From positions 1-64,000 of the forward strand of contig JANRLD010000027.1 in the NCBI GenBank assembly GCA_033762915.1: a stretch of 64,000 nucleotides of DNA. The letters run 5' to 3'. Below the pieces are notes generated by a model. The model did no database searches and was not told the DNA's origin. It saw only the letters and a program-made list of their open reading frames with translations. A program made the translations under genes and the position numbers. Source of the stretch: Meiothermus sp. Lineage in GTDB: Bacteria; Deinococcota; Deinococci; Deinococcales; Thermaceae. Every line of letters starts with the position of its first letter. Position 1 is the stretch's first letter. Below, one piece after another: positions 29,564 to 40,655 of this stretch.

Positions 29564-29645
29564 GCGCCGTCCTCTCGCGGGTAGCCGATAACCTTCAGCC
29601 CATCGGCATCGGCTATAGGCTATCAGCTATCGGCAGAGCGCGCAC

Positions 29646-30504
<859 letters not shown>

Positions 30505-30560
30505 TGAGGGTTGCGGCGGATTCGCTTTTTCAGGGCAGACGGAATGCCCGAAAGGATACC

Positions 30561-31631
30561 TCACTCAATCACCGTATTGGCAAAGTGCCGCGCTGTGCGC
30601 CCGGAAAAGCCGCGGCCGTCGAGGGCAAACTCGAGGGCGGCCTTCCGGGTGTCTTCCTCGAGTTCGCGCTCCAGGATGCTGGCCACTGTCGCCAGGTAGT
30701 GACGCTGATCGAAGGGGGGGAAGGTGAGTACCAGGCCGAAGCGGTCGGCCAGGGCCAGCTTGTCTTGCAGGGTGTCCCAGGCCGCAGGGTCGCCTGAGTC
30801 GGGCGCGGGGCGGTCGGCGAAAGACTGGACCACCAGGTTGCGGCGGTTGGAGGTGGCCAGAACCAGCACGTTGGCGGGGCGCTCGTAGACCGCTCCTTCG
30901 AGCAGGGCCTTGAGCGTGTGGAAGCGGGGGTCTTCGGCGGCTATGGCGAGGTCGTCGAGGTAGAGCACAAAGCGGTGGGGCAGCGGGCGCAACAGTTCGA
31001 GCAACTCCGGGAGGCGCTCGAGGCCGTCTGAGTGCACCTCTACCAGCCGCAGCCCCTGCTCGGCGTAGGCGGTGCGGAGGGCCTTGACGGCGGTGGACTT
31101 GCCGCATCCCCGCGCCCCGTAGAGCAGGGTCGGGACGCTGGGCTTGCCCTCCAGGAATCGCTCGACGTTGGTGCGCAGCCGCGCGATCTGCCGCTCGTAG
31201 CCCACCAGGTCGAAGAAGCGGGCCGGGTCGGGGTGGGTCACGCCGTGGAGCCGGTCGCCCCAGAGGAAGGCGGTGTGCCGGGTGAAGGGGCCGTAGCCGT
31301 GGGCGCGGTAGACCTGGGCCAGCGACTCGGGGCTGGCGTAATTCAGGGCACGGAGGGCGGTCTCCTCGGCGGGCGCGGGGGCGCGCGTGCCGAAGTCGGC
31401 CAAGCGGTGCTCCTGCTGGAGCTGGCACAGCTCCTTGCGCAGGCGTTTGAGCTCGATGGCCATCCATTGGCCCAGCCCCGGGGTGAGCCCCTGCCCCAGC
31501 AGCCTTCGGGCCAGCGACTGCTCGGACAGCAGCCGCTGGGCGAACAGCCAGCCCCAGGGCTCCCCTGCGGGCAGGTCGGCGCGGAGGAGTTCCTCCACGG
31601 GGTCGGCGTAGGACGACTTAAAGAGGTGCAT
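30561..31631 (-). CDS. DUF815 AAA+ ATPase
   Basis: LYGARGCGKS, LYLDDL, ATSNRRNLV, LADRFGL, SGRTA. Confidence 0.85.
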   Translation of the reverse strand: MHLFKSSYADPVEELLRADLPAGEPWGWLFAQRLLSEQSLARRLLGQGLTPGLGQWMAIELKRLRKELCQLQQEHRLADFGTRAPAPAEETALRALNYASPESLAQVYRAHGYGPFTRHTAFLWGDRLHGVTHPDPARFFDLVGYERQIARLRTNVERFLEGKPSVPTLLYGARGCGKSTAVKALRTAYAEQGLRLVEVHSDGLERLPELLELLRPLPHRFVLYLDDLAIAAEDPRFHTLKALLEGAVYERPANVLVLATSNRRNLVVQSFADRPAPDSGDPAAWDTLQDKLALADRFGLVLTFPPFDQRHYLATVASILERELEEDTRKAALEFALDGRGFSGRTARHFANTVIE

Positions 31632-31677
31632 CGGGGCTCATTCTAACCCGTCAGAGGTGACGTGCTAGACTCCTCCC

Positions 31678-32256
31678 ATGCCCGAAGCAGAGGCCGTATT
31701 CTTCGAAACCCGCGCCCAGTGGCGGGCCTGGCTCGAGGCCAACCACGCTCGAGCGGGCGGGGTCTGGCTGGTCTACAACAAGAAGTCCAGCGGCAAACCC
31801 CACCTGAGCTATGACGAGCAGGTCGAGGAGGCCCTGTGCTTCGGCTGGGTGGACTCCAAGCCGGGCAAGGTGGACCAGGAGCGCAGCAGCCTCTATTTCG
31901 CCCCGCGCAAGCCCAAGAGCGGCTGGTCTAAGCCCAATAAGGAGCGCGTCGAGCGGATGGTCTCGGCGGGTCTGATGCGCCCGGCCGGTCTGGCAAAGAT
32001 CGAGGCCGCCAAACGCGACGGGAGCTGGGAGAAGCTCGACGCGGTGGAGAACCTCGAGGTCCCCCCCGACCTCGCCGCCGCCTTCAAACAGTTTGAGGGT
32101 TCGGCCGCAAACTTCGAGGCCTTTCCGCGCTCGGCCAGACGGGGGATACTCGAGTGGATCGTCCAAGCCAAGAGACCGCAGACGAGGGCCAAGAGGGTTG
32201 AGGAGACAGCCCGGCTGGCGGCGGAGAACAAGCGGGCCAACCAGTGGCGGCAGTAG
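31678..32256 (+). CDS. YdeI/OmpD-associated family protein
   Basis: WRAWLEANH, EEALCFGWVDS, AKRPQTRAKR. Confidence 0.85.
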   Translation: MPEAEAVFFETRAQWRAWLEANHARAGGVWLVYNKKSSGKPHLSYDEQVEEALCFGWVDSKPGKVDQERSSLYFAPRKPKSGWSKPNKERVERMVSAGLMRPAGLAKIEAAKRDGSWEKLDAVENLEVPPDLAAAFKQFEGSAANFEAFPRSARRGILEWIVQAKRPQTRAKRVEETARLAAENKRANQWRQ

Positions 32257-32361
32257 GACTGCTCGAGGGTCGGGGCGTCTGGCTTTTGGACCAGAAGGGC
32301 TACTACGGCTGAGGGGACAGGGGCTAAACCCTTCCTAATTCCAGTGTCGTATACTGGTGGG

Positions 32362-32452
32362 GTCATCGGGGGTGCGGGGCGGCAAAATTGGCGCCTCGCT
32401 GAGACAAACCCTTAGAACCTGACCTGGTTAGCACCAGCGTAGGGAGAATGAT
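32362..32452 (+). ncRNA. TPP riboswitch aptamer
   Basis: GGGGTGC...GCTGAGA..ACCCTTAGAACCTGACCTGGTTAGCACCAGCGTAGGGAG consensus upstream of the thiamine-binding protein. Confidence 0.9.
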
Positions 32453-32503
32453 GGAGGCGCGAAAGCGCCCTGGGTTCCCCTCCCCGATGATACGGAGGGG
32501 ATT

Positions 32504-33682
32504 ATGTTTTTAAGGAAGCAGGTAGTTGATGGCCGGCGACGGGGCAGCTTGAGCGGGGAACAGAACCAACGGGGATGCGAAGGATTGGGGTTGCGGGACA
32601 ACAGACCCGATTCCCCTCCATCCGCTGCCGGGCGGCTTCGCAGGAGATTGGCACCGCTGTCCGCGGGTATTCTCGCTCTTGGTGCTTTCCTCGCTCCCCT
32701 GTCGGGGTTCTCGGTGGCGCAGACGATCACTGTGCTGACGCATGATAGCTTCGCCCTCGACAAAGCCCTGATCGCCAAGTTCGAGGCCGACTCGGGGATC
32801 AAGCTCCGCTTCCTTAAGGGCGGGGACGCGGGCGAGATGCTCAACAAGGCCATCCTCAGCCGGGGTGCGCCGATTGCCGATGTGATCTACGGCTTCGACA
32901 ACACCATGCTCTCGAGGGCGCTTGGCGCGGGGATTCTCGAGCCCTATCGCTCCCCCCAACTTTCCAGCCTGCGCCCGGAGACCCGCCTCGACCCCTCAAA
33001 CCGTGCCCTGCCGGTCGACTACGGCTACGTCTGCCTTAACTATGACAAGGCATACTTCGCCAGCCGCCCGCTGCCCCGGCAGCTCGCCGACCTAGGAAAG
33101 CCCGAGTTCGCTAAGCTGCTGGTCGTCCCGAACCCGGCCACCAGCTCGCCGGGGCTGGCTTTCATGTTGGCTACCGTCCAGACCCTCGGCGAGGAGCGCT
33201 GGCTGGGCTTCTGGGCCGACCTAAGGCGCGGCGGCGTGCGCGTGGTGGGGGGCTGGAGCGACGCCTACTACACCCACTTCTCGGCCAAGGGCGGCGACCG
33301 TCCGCTGGTGGTCTCGTACTGCACCAGCCCCGCTGCCGAACTCTTCTACAGCGAGGCCAATCCCAAGCCGGCTGAGCCCCCCACGGCCAACCTCGAGCTG
33401 CCGGGGTCGGGCTTCTTCCAGGTCGAGTTCGTGGGCATCCTGAAAGGCGGCAAGAACTTGCCTGCGGCCCGGCGCTTTGTGGACTGGCTGCTCTCGCCCG
33501 CGGCTCAGTCCGACATCCCCACCCAGATGTGGGTCTACCCCTCGAGGGTTCAAACCGCCCTACCTGAGGTATTCCGCTTCGCCACGACCCCCCGCCAGCC
33601 CGCTGCCGTAAGCCCCGAGCGCATCGCCGCCAACCGCGACCGCTGGATTCGGGAGTGGACCCGGACGGTGTTGCAGCGATAA
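32504..33682 (+). CDS. thiB: Thiamine ABC transporter substrate-binding protein
   Basis: THDSF, ADVIYGFDN, PATSSPGLAF, VVSYCTSPAAE; downstream of the TPP riboswitch. Confidence 0.85.
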   Translation: MFLRKQVVDGRRRGSLSGEQNQRGCEGLGLRDNRPDSPPSAAGRLRRRLAPLSAGILALGAFLAPLSGFSVAQTITVLTHDSFALDKALIAKFEADSGIKLRFLKGGDAGEMLNKAILSRGAPIADVIYGFDNTMLSRALGAGILEPYRSPQLSSLRPETRLDPSNRALPVDYGYVCLNYDKAYFASRPLPRQLADLGKPEFAKLLVVPNPATSSPGLAFMLATVQTLGEERWLGFWADLRRGGVRVVGGWSDAYYTHFSAKGGDRPLVVSYCTSPAAELFYSEANPKPAEPPTANLELPGSGFFQVEFVGILKGGKNLPAARRFVDWLLSPAAQSDIPTQMWVYPSRVQTALPEVFRFATTPRQPAAVSPERIAANRDRWIREWTRTVLQR

Positions 33683-33851
33683 GTGTCTCCAGAGTTGGAA
33701 TGTGAAATGTCGCCCGCAAGCTCTCGCAGGGAATTGCGCCCCGGGTAGCCGCTCTGCGGCTATGGCGCACGCCACTCCGCCCCGGGTAGCCGCTCCGCCC
33801 AGGCACATTTTTTTGTATCCGAGCATTCCACGTCTACTCTGGCGCAACCTG
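33680..33851 (+). repeat. Dispersed small repeat family A, copy 3
   Basis: Starts at the thiB TAA; internal duplication of CCCCGGGTAGCCGCTC. Confidence 0.75.
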
Positions 33852-33969
33852 GACGGTGTTTCGCGCTTTGAAGGTTGAGCTGTCGGCCACCGGTTCGCCC
33901 CGGTTAGTGCCGGGGTTGTCTGTTGATTTCACCCCGTCGCCCGCCCCCCCTCGTGGTAGGATTCGCACG

Positions 33970-34686
33970 ATGAACCGCCGGGACGGTCGCTCACCGCTGC
34001 AAATGCGCCCCTTAACCATCAAGATGGGCTATGTGAATTATGCCGAGGGCTCGGCGCTAGTGGAGCTGGGGAGCACTCGAGTGCTGGTCAACGTGACCCT
34101 CACCGACGGGGTGCCGCGCCACGTCTCGAGCAAGGCCGGCTGGCTGATGGCCGAGTACAACCTCTTGCCGCGCTCCACCAAGGAGCGCAAAGAGCGCGAG
34201 CGGCAGAAGCTCTCGGGCCGCACCGCCGAGATTCAGCGCTTCTTGGGCCGGGCTTTCCGGGCCGCGCTCGACCTCAGCCTGCTGCCCAACAAGACCGTGG
34301 TGGTGGACGCCGACGTGCTTCAGGCCGACGGCGGCACCCGCGTGGCCTCGCTCATCGGTGGCTACGCAGCGCTGCACATGGCGATGGACAAGCTGGTGAA
34401 CCTTGGGCGCATTGTGGAGTGGCCGCTGATCGAGTTCGCGGCGGTGAGCGTGGGCTGGCTCGAGGGCGACCACATCGTCGTCGACCTCAACCAGTTCGAG
34501 GACGAGGCCGCCTGGGCCGACCTGACCGTGGTGGCCACCCAGAAGGGCGACATTATCGAAGTCCACGGCGCGGGCGAGGGCCGCCCGGTGCCGCAGAAAA
34601 TCTACAAGGATATGCTCGAGGTGGGGTTGGGCAACGTCCCCAACATCGTTAAGCAGATCCATGGGCAGCTAAAAAACAAGGTCTAG
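33970..34686 (+). CDS. rph: Ribonuclease PH
   Basis: AEGSALVELGSTRV, SGRTAEIQRFLGR, DVLQADGGTR. Confidence 0.95.
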   Translation: MNRRDGRSPLQMRPLTIKMGYVNYAEGSALVELGSTRVLVNVTLTDGVPRHVSSKAGWLMAEYNLLPRSTKERKERERQKLSGRTAEIQRFLGRAFRAALDLSLLPNKTVVVDADVLQADGGTRVASLIGGYAALHMAMDKLVNLGRIVEWPLIEFAAVSVGWLEGDHIVVDLNQFEDEAAWADLTVVATQKGDIIEVHGAGEGRPVPQKIYKDMLEVGLGNVPNIVKQIHGQLKNKV

Positions 34687-34982
34687 GGCAGTTTTCCCCA
34701 GTAATCGGTAGGGCGGTGTTTGCCCTGCCGAATGCTTCGCCGTTTGCCGCAAAGGTGGGAGGCGCGACAGGGTACGGGCCATACAAGCAACTCGGGCATT
34801 GAGGTGCGCTAGGGCAGATTGCCAACCTCTGAACGACGTTTGGCCTGCCCCGGTGCAAGCACGGGCGAAGTTTCCTCCTGGCGCTTCGGGTTGGTTTCCC
34901 GAGATACTCAAAAAACCTGGCTCTCGAGCTTGCTGGTGCCTACACCGCCTCCTGGAAAACCGCTTTTCTTGCCAAATGCCCC
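34684..34982. repeat. Two adjacent small repeat-like elements between rph and rdgB
   Basis: Both begin CTAGGGCAG. Blocks are shared with 54027-54045 (reverse), about 58462-58492 and 48172-48184 (reverse). Confidence 0.45.
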
Positions 34983-35004
34983 CCGCTGGGTACAATACAG
35001 GCAG

Positions 35005-35616
35005 ATGAAAGTCTTGATTGCCACGTCGAACCCCGGCAAGTACAGGGAGCTGCGCGAGGGGCTCGAGCCGCTGGGATGGACGCTATTCTCGCTGCTGGAT
35101 TTCTCCTTTAAGATGCCGCCCGAGAACGGGGCCACTCTCGAGGATAACGCTATTCTCAAGGCCGCTTACGCCGCCCGCAAGAGTGGCCTGACGGCCCTGG
35201 CCGACGACTCGGGCCTGATGGTTGACGCGCTGGGCGGCGAGCCGGGGGTCTACTCGGCCCGATACGGCGGCAAAGAGACCGACCTCGAACGCAACGTCTT
35301 CCTGCTCGAGCGTATGCGCCACCTTCGGGCGGACCAGCGCGGGGCCAGCTTTAAGGCGGTGTTGGCCCTGGCCCACCCGGACGGCTACATGGAGCTGTAC
35401 GAGGGCGAGACCAGAGGTACCATCCTTGAGGCCCCCCGGGGTGATTGGGGCTTCGGCTACGACCCCCTGTTCTGGATCCCTGCGGCGGGCAAGACTTTTG
35501 CCGAGATGCAGGTGGGGGAAAAGTACCACCACTCCCACCGGGGCAAGGCGCTCACCGCTCTGGTCAAGGCGTACCTTTCGGGCGACGCCCGACGCGAGCA
35601 GCCGCAGACAGAGTGA
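35005..35616 (+). CDS. rdgB: Non-canonical purine NTP pyrophosphatase (RdgB/HAM1)
   Basis: ATSNPGK, ADDSGL, PGVYSARY, GFGYDPLF, SHRGKA. Confidence 0.95.
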   Translation: MKVLIATSNPGKYRELREGLEPLGWTLFSLLDFSFKMPPENGATLEDNAILKAAYAARKSGLTALADDSGLMVDALGGEPGVYSARYGGKETDLERNVFLLERMRHLRADQRGASFKAVLALAHPDGYMELYEGETRGTILEAPRGDWGFGYDPLFWIPAAGKTFAEMQVGEKYHHSHRGKALTALVKAYLSGDARREQPQTE

Positions 35617-35772
35617 GTGCGCAATAACGTGCAGTCCAGGCTCGAGGCCTAACAAAGGCCCGAAGCTGGGCGGTTTTGGTGGCCGGTTATCGGCCCCGTT
35701 AACGTCTCGTGCAGAGGGGTAAGTGCAAGCGCACGGGGGAAACTAGGTGCGCTGCAGTCCTTCGACCCGCCC

Positions 35773-35929
35773 TAAGGGTCTGCATAGTTCAACTGCGAAA
35801 GGCCGCCCCCAAACGCCCGTAGGGGACTGCGCCCCGGGTAGCCGCTGTGCGGCTATGGCGCAAGCCACTCCACCCAGGAACTCAGCTGTTGCCCCCCCGG
35901 ATCTCGCAGACTCACCCTGGCGCAACCTA
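35773..35929 (+). repeat. Dispersed small repeat family A, copy 4
   Basis: Conserved hairpin; right end GGCGCAACCTA overlaps the TAG of the convergent CoA-transferase gene. Confidence 0.7.
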
Positions 35930-37273
35930 GATCAGCCCACGCTCCCGCGCCGCGCCGCGCAGTTCGTCGCGAAAGTTCGGGTGGGCGATCCGGATGAGGG
36001 CCTCTGCGCGTTCGCGGAGGCTCTTGCCAAAGAGTTCGGCCACGCCGTACTCGGTCACGACATAGTGAACATCGGCCCGCGTGGTGACCACACCGGCGCC
36101 GGTCTTGAGCAGGGGGACGATGCGGGAGAAGGCGCCGTTCTTGCCGCTGGCCGGCAGGGCGATGATGGGCTTGCCGCCCTCGCTGGCGGCGGCCCCACGG
36201 ATGAAGTCGAGCTGGCCGCCGAAGCCGGAGTAGATGCGTGTGCCGATGGAGTCGGAGCAGATCTGGCCGGTGAGGTCTAGCTCGAGGCAGGAGTTGATCG
36301 CGACCATCTTGTGGTTGCGGGCGATGCGGAAGGGGTCGTTGACCCAGTCAGCGGGGCGCATCTCGAAGAGGGGGTTGTTGTCGACAAACCGGTAGAGCCG
36401 CTCCGAGCCCAGTACGAAGGTGCCCACCACCTTACCGGGTAGCTGGCCCTTCTTCTGGCCGGTGATCATCCCGCGCTCGAGGGCCTCCATCACCCCGTCG
36501 GAGATCATCTCGGTGTGGACGCCCAGGTCCTGGCGGCTCTCGAGGTTGGCCAGCACCGCGTCCGGAATGGCCCCAATCCCCATCTGGAGGGTGCTGCCGT
36601 CGTCGATCAGGTCGGCCACGTACTGCCCGATCCTGAACTCGACCTCCGTGGAGGGGTCGCGGCCCAGCACCGGCAGCGGGAAGTCCACGTCGACGAAGGC
36701 CGAGAACCTCGAGATGTGCACGAAGGTATCGCCCAGGGTGCGCGGCATCCGGGGGTTGACCAGGGCGATGACCTGCTTGGCGTTCTCGACTGCGGCCTTG
36801 GCGGCGATGATCTCGACGCCCAGACTCACGAAGCCGAACTCGTCCGGCGGGGAAACCTGCACCAGGGCATAGTCCAGTGGAAGTACGCCGCGTTTGAACA
36901 GCCAGGGAATTTGGTGCAGCGAGACCGGCACGTAGTCGGCCCGCCCGCTGTTGACGGCTTCGCGGTCGGCGGGCCCCACGAACAGCGAGCGGCGGCGGAA
37001 GTGCCCCTCCATCTCTGGGGCCAGAAAGGGGTCGGAGCCGAGCTGGAGCACGTGTACCAGCTCGACGTTCTCGAGTTCGTCCTTCCGCGCTGCCAGCGCC
37101 TCCAAGAGCGGGGTGGGGGTGGCGGCGTTGCCGGAGACGTAGACCCTCGAGTTGCTCTGCACCATGGCGGCGGCACCCTCGAGGTCGATCAGTTTGCTAA
37201 GGAACAGCCTGCTGGTGTCGCTGCGGTGCAGTGCCTTGCCGGTGCGGGACTGTGGGTTTAGAACGGTGTCCAT
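35927..37273 (-). CDS. Acetyl-CoA hydrolase/4-hydroxybutyrate CoA-transferase family protein
   Basis: LQMGIGAIPDAV, HTEM, GFGGQLDF, VVTEYG. Confidence 0.9.
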   Translation of the reverse strand: MDTVLNPQSRTGKALHRSDTSRLFLSKLIDLEGAAAMVQSNSRVYVSGNAATPTPLLEALAARKDELENVELVHVLQLGSDPFLAPEMEGHFRRRSLFVGPADREAVNSGRADYVPVSLHQIPWLFKRGVLPLDYALVQVSPPDEFGFVSLGVEIIAAKAAVENAKQVIALVNPRMPRTLGDTFVHISRFSAFVDVDFPLPVLGRDPSTEVEFRIGQYVADLIDDGSTLQMGIGAIPDAVLANLESRQDLGVHTEMISDGVMEALERGMITGQKKGQLPGKVVGTFVLGSERLYRFVDNNPLFEMRPADWVNDPFRIARNHKMVAINSCLELDLTGQICSDSIGTRIYSGFGGQLDFIRGAAASEGGKPIIALPASGKNGAFSRIVPLLKTGAGVVTTRADVHYVVTEYGVAELFGKSLRERAEALIRIAHPNFRDELRGAARERGLI

Positions 37274-37419
37274 GGGTACACGCTACACCCGGGAGGTGGG
37301 GGCAGTTGACCCGGTGATTGGGAAGGGGGAGGCCAGAGGGCCAGGGTTGAAGGTGAGTGTGAGCCCTCTCTGCTTCTCCTCACAGAAAATTTGACCGTCT
37401 CGAGGCATCCTTATACCAG

Positions 37420-38958
37420 ATGCACCGTCTTCTCGCCCTCTTTCTTTTGATCGGAGTTGCCCTCGGTCAGTCGGCTTTCATCCATACGCCCCAGGGACGG
37501 CTACGCGGCGGCCTAAACCAGGAGGCGGGCGTGGCCTTCTTCCTGGGGATGCCCTACGCCAGGGCCGAGCGCTGGAAGGCTCCGCAGGCGGTCGAGCGGC
37601 TCGGCTCGCTGCCCGGGGAGCTGTTTGATGCCACCCGTCCGGGGCCTTCTTGCCCGCAGCGGGGGGTATTCACGACCCGGCTGGGCGGCTATATCCCGCC
37701 CTTTAGCGAGGACTGCCTCAACCTGGGGGTCTGGATGCCGACCGCCGCTCCCCCGCCGGGTGGCTACCCCGTGATGTTTTGGGTCCACGGCGGCAGTTAC
37801 ATCGGGGGGAGCTGGTCCGAGCCGCTCTACGACGGGACGGCGCTGGCCTCTAAGGGCGTGGTGGTGGTGGGGATCAACTACCGACTGGGCTCGCTGGGCT
37901 GGCTGGCCCTGCCGGACCTGCAAAAAGAGTCCGGAGACGGCTCGGCGGGCAATTACGGTCTGCTGGACATGGTGGCCGCACTGCGCTGGGTGCGGCGCAA
38001 CATCGCGGCCTTCGGGGGCAATCCCGAGAACGTCACCGTGTTCGGGCAATCGGCCGGCGGGATGGCAGCCTGCACCCTGATGGCCTCGCCAAAGGCCCAA
38101 GGTCTGTTCCACAAGGCCATCGTCAAGTCGGGGGGATGTGAGTATGTGCGCACCCTCGAGCAGGGCTTCGCCTGGGGCGAGGAGTGGGCCAGGCTGTGGG
38201 GCTGCAGCGGCTCGGACCTGGCCTGCCTGCGCCGGCTCCCGCTCGAGCGCCTCTTTGCCCCCGAAGACCGCAGCATCGGGGCGCTGTTGCAGCGGGCTCC
38301 GGCGGGCGAGTTCGGCGATGGACCATGGAAGCCGCACCTCGACGGGGTGAACCTGGCAAAGGTGCCGCTAGAAGCCTTGCGCGACGGTGAGGCTGCGGGC
38401 ATCCCGCTGATGGTCGGGGCGACCGCCCAGGAGGGCTGGTCAGAGCGGTTCATCGGCCCCCAGAACTGGGAAGATTTCGGGCGGGGCGTCGAGGAGAAGC
38501 TGAGGCGGCCCGGTGTGGCGGCCCGGGCGGTCGGGATGTACCGAGCCCGCTACGAAAACCCGGCCGAGGCCTGGGCCTACTTCCAGACCGACCGCATCCT
38601 GCTGTGCCCGACCTTCCTGGGCGGCGCGGCGCAGATGCGCAACGTGGAGACCTACGGCTATCTCTTCAGCTGGGTCTCGCCCGACCTCCCCATCCTCGGC
38701 AGCCTCCACGGGATTGATCTGCCGCTGCTGTTCGGCACCGAGCGCTCCTGGCCGAACACCCTCCTATTCCTCAGCTCGAGGGCCTACGAAGAGACCCGCC
38801 AGACCGCCGAGGCCATGCAGACCTACTGGACGGAGTTCGCCCGAACCGGCTTCCTGAAGGACTGGCCCGAGCTGGTTACCGGCCAGGCGATGGAATTCGG
38901 AACTCAGACCCGGGTGATCGACAGCCCCCTTGAAACCCGCTGCGGGCTGTGGCGGTAG
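37420..38958 (+). CDS. Secreted type-B carboxylesterase
   Basis: SEDCLNL, VHGGSY, FGQSAGG nucleophile motif; signal peptide. Confidence 0.9.
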   Translation: MHRLLALFLLIGVALGQSAFIHTPQGRLRGGLNQEAGVAFFLGMPYARAERWKAPQAVERLGSLPGELFDATRPGPSCPQRGVFTTRLGGYIPPFSEDCLNLGVWMPTAAPPPGGYPVMFWVHGGSYIGGSWSEPLYDGTALASKGVVVVGINYRLGSLGWLALPDLQKESGDGSAGNYGLLDMVAALRWVRRNIAAFGGNPENVTVFGQSAGGMAACTLMASPKAQGLFHKAIVKSGGCEYVRTLEQGFAWGEEWARLWGCSGSDLACLRRLPLERLFAPEDRSIGALLQRAPAGEFGDGPWKPHLDGVNLAKVPLEALRDGEAAGIPLMVGATAQEGWSERFIGPQNWEDFGRGVEEKLRRPGVAARAVGMYRARYENPAEAWAYFQTDRILLCPTFLGGAAQMRNVETYGYLFSWVSPDLPILGSLHGIDLPLLFGTERSWPNTLLFLSSRAYEETRQTAEAMQTYWTEFARTGFLKDWPELVTGQAMEFGTQTRVIDSPLETRCGLWR

Positions 38959-38967
38959 AATGGCCCG

Positions 38968-39618
38968 GTGCCAGTCCTGGAAGTCTCGAGCGCCGACCAG
39001 TATCTGATCGCCACCGGCGAAACTCCACTGCTGGAGATCTACTCAGCCCTGCCGGAGGGGCTGTTCCCGCCGTTTCCGCCGGTGGAACTGCCGGGCGGGC
39101 TGGGCGGACTTTTGGAGCGCGGTGGTTTCGGGCAGACCTTCTTCCTGGGAAGCGAGGTGTTGGGTCTGCGCTTTAGGTCGCCCAAGGGGCACAGTGTGCA
39201 GGCTGGTGGCCTGACGGTCAAGAACGTACAGGGCTACGATCTGGTCCGGCCCTTCGTGGGCAGTTTCGGGGCGCTGGGGCGTTTGTCCGACGCCACACTG
39301 CGCCTTCGCCCCGGGAGAGCCGCCTGCTTTTTGCGCAACAAGGGCGAACTGCTCGAGCCCCCCATTCGTCCCCGCTTTCTCTGGCAGGAGACCGGCTGGC
39401 TCTATGCCTACCACTTCGGCCACCCCAAGGAAGTCCTGCGCTTCGCCCAGACCTTCGGCGGTGAAGAGGTTAAGGGGCCACTCGACCTCACCCCGCTCTT
39501 TCCCGACGGCATGGGGGTCGGCCCCGGTAACGTCATCGACTTGCGCCAGAGCTGGGCCAATGGTGGCGGACGCCCCGAGATGCCCGAGGTCTTCCGGCGG
39601 CTGGTGGAAGCGCTGTAG
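38968..39618 (+). CDS. Short FAD-binding GlcE-like protein
   Basis: [25 protein letters not shown] motif. Confidence 0.7.
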   Translation: MPVLEVSSADQYLIATGETPLLEIYSALPEGLFPPFPPVELPGGLGGLLERGGFGQTFFLGSEVLGLRFRSPKGHSVQAGGLTVKNVQGYDLVRPFVGSFGALGRLSDATLRLRPGRAACFLRNKGELLEPPIRPRFLWQETGWLYAYHFGHPKEVLRFAQTFGGEEVKGPLDLTPLFPDGMGVGPGNVIDLRQSWANGGGRPEMPEVFRRLVEAL

Positions 39619-39708
39619 GCCTGCATGGAAGTGAGGTAAAGGGGGTTGACAGTCCGCCCGGTCGCCCTCCTCCTTCCGCTTTCCCTATTCCTCCCCTATC
39701 CTTTCCCC

Positions 39709-40575
39709 ATGACGCCCCTCTTCACCGTCCCCAAGAACCTCGAGCCCTTCCAGCACAGGGTGCAGGTGGGTCAGGTTGGTTTGCATGTCTACGACACGGT
39801 CCAGCCGCAGAACCGCACCTTCGTGCTGATCCACGGGCTGGGCGACGAGGCCGACAGTTGGCGCAAGGTATTCGAGCCGCTGAGCGGGTTCGGGCGGGTG
39901 GTTGCGCCTGACCTGCCGGGCTTCGGGCGCTCCGACCACCCGCGCCGGGCCTACACCCTCGAGTTCTACGCCGAGACGATGGCGGCCCTGCTGCAGACGC
40001 TGAAGGTCTCGAGGGCCATCCTGGTGGGTAATTCGATGGGGGCGGCGGTGGCCCTACGCCTGACCCTGCGTCGCCCGGACCTTTCAGAGCGGCTGGTGCT
40101 GGTGGACGGCCCGCCGGTGCGCGGCAAGCTCAGCAAGGCCCAGATGATGTTTGCCTTGCCGGGGCAGGGGGAAAAGCTCTACAAAGGCTTCCGTGCCTCG
40201 CAGGACGCCGCCTACGATTCCTTACGGCCCTACTACGGCGACCTCGACAGCCTGAGCGAGGCCGACCGGGCCTTTCTGCGCGAACGGGTCTGGGACCGGG
40301 TCTGGAGCGACGACCAGTGCCGGGCCTACCTCTCGACCTTTCGCTGGATGCTCCTCGAGGGACTACGGGGCCACCCCCGCCAGTCCGACCTGGCCTCCAT
40401 CCAGCAGCCCGTCCACCTGATCTGGGGCGATTCGGACCGGGCCATTCCCCTTGAGGCCGCCCAGCTGCTGCAAGGCTGGATGCCCAGGTCCCAACTTTCT
40501 ATCATTCCAAACTGCGGTCACCTGCCCCAGCAGGAAAGGCCAGAGGAACTGGTGAGGCTGGTTGTCGGACGGTAA
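39709..40575 (+). CDS. Alpha/beta hydrolase
   Basis: LIHGLG, DLPGFGRS, GNSMG, CGHLPQ. Confidence 0.9.
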   Translation: MTPLFTVPKNLEPFQHRVQVGQVGLHVYDTVQPQNRTFVLIHGLGDEADSWRKVFEPLSGFGRVVAPDLPGFGRSDHPRRAYTLEFYAETMAALLQTLKVSRAILVGNSMGAAVALRLTLRRPDLSERLVLVDGPPVRGKLSKAQMMFALPGQGEKLYKGFRASQDAAYDSLRPYYGDLDSLSEADRAFLRERVWDRVWSDDQCRAYLSTFRWMLLEGLRGHPRQSDLASIQQPVHLIWGDSDRAIPLEAAQLLQGWMPRSQLSIIPNCGHLPQQERPEELVRLVVGR

Positions 40576-40655
40576 ACAGGCGGGAGCGGCGCCAACGCTG
40601 GGGCCAAACTCAGGGCTTTCAACTCCATCCAGGCCCCACAGGTCTGGGCGTTCAG

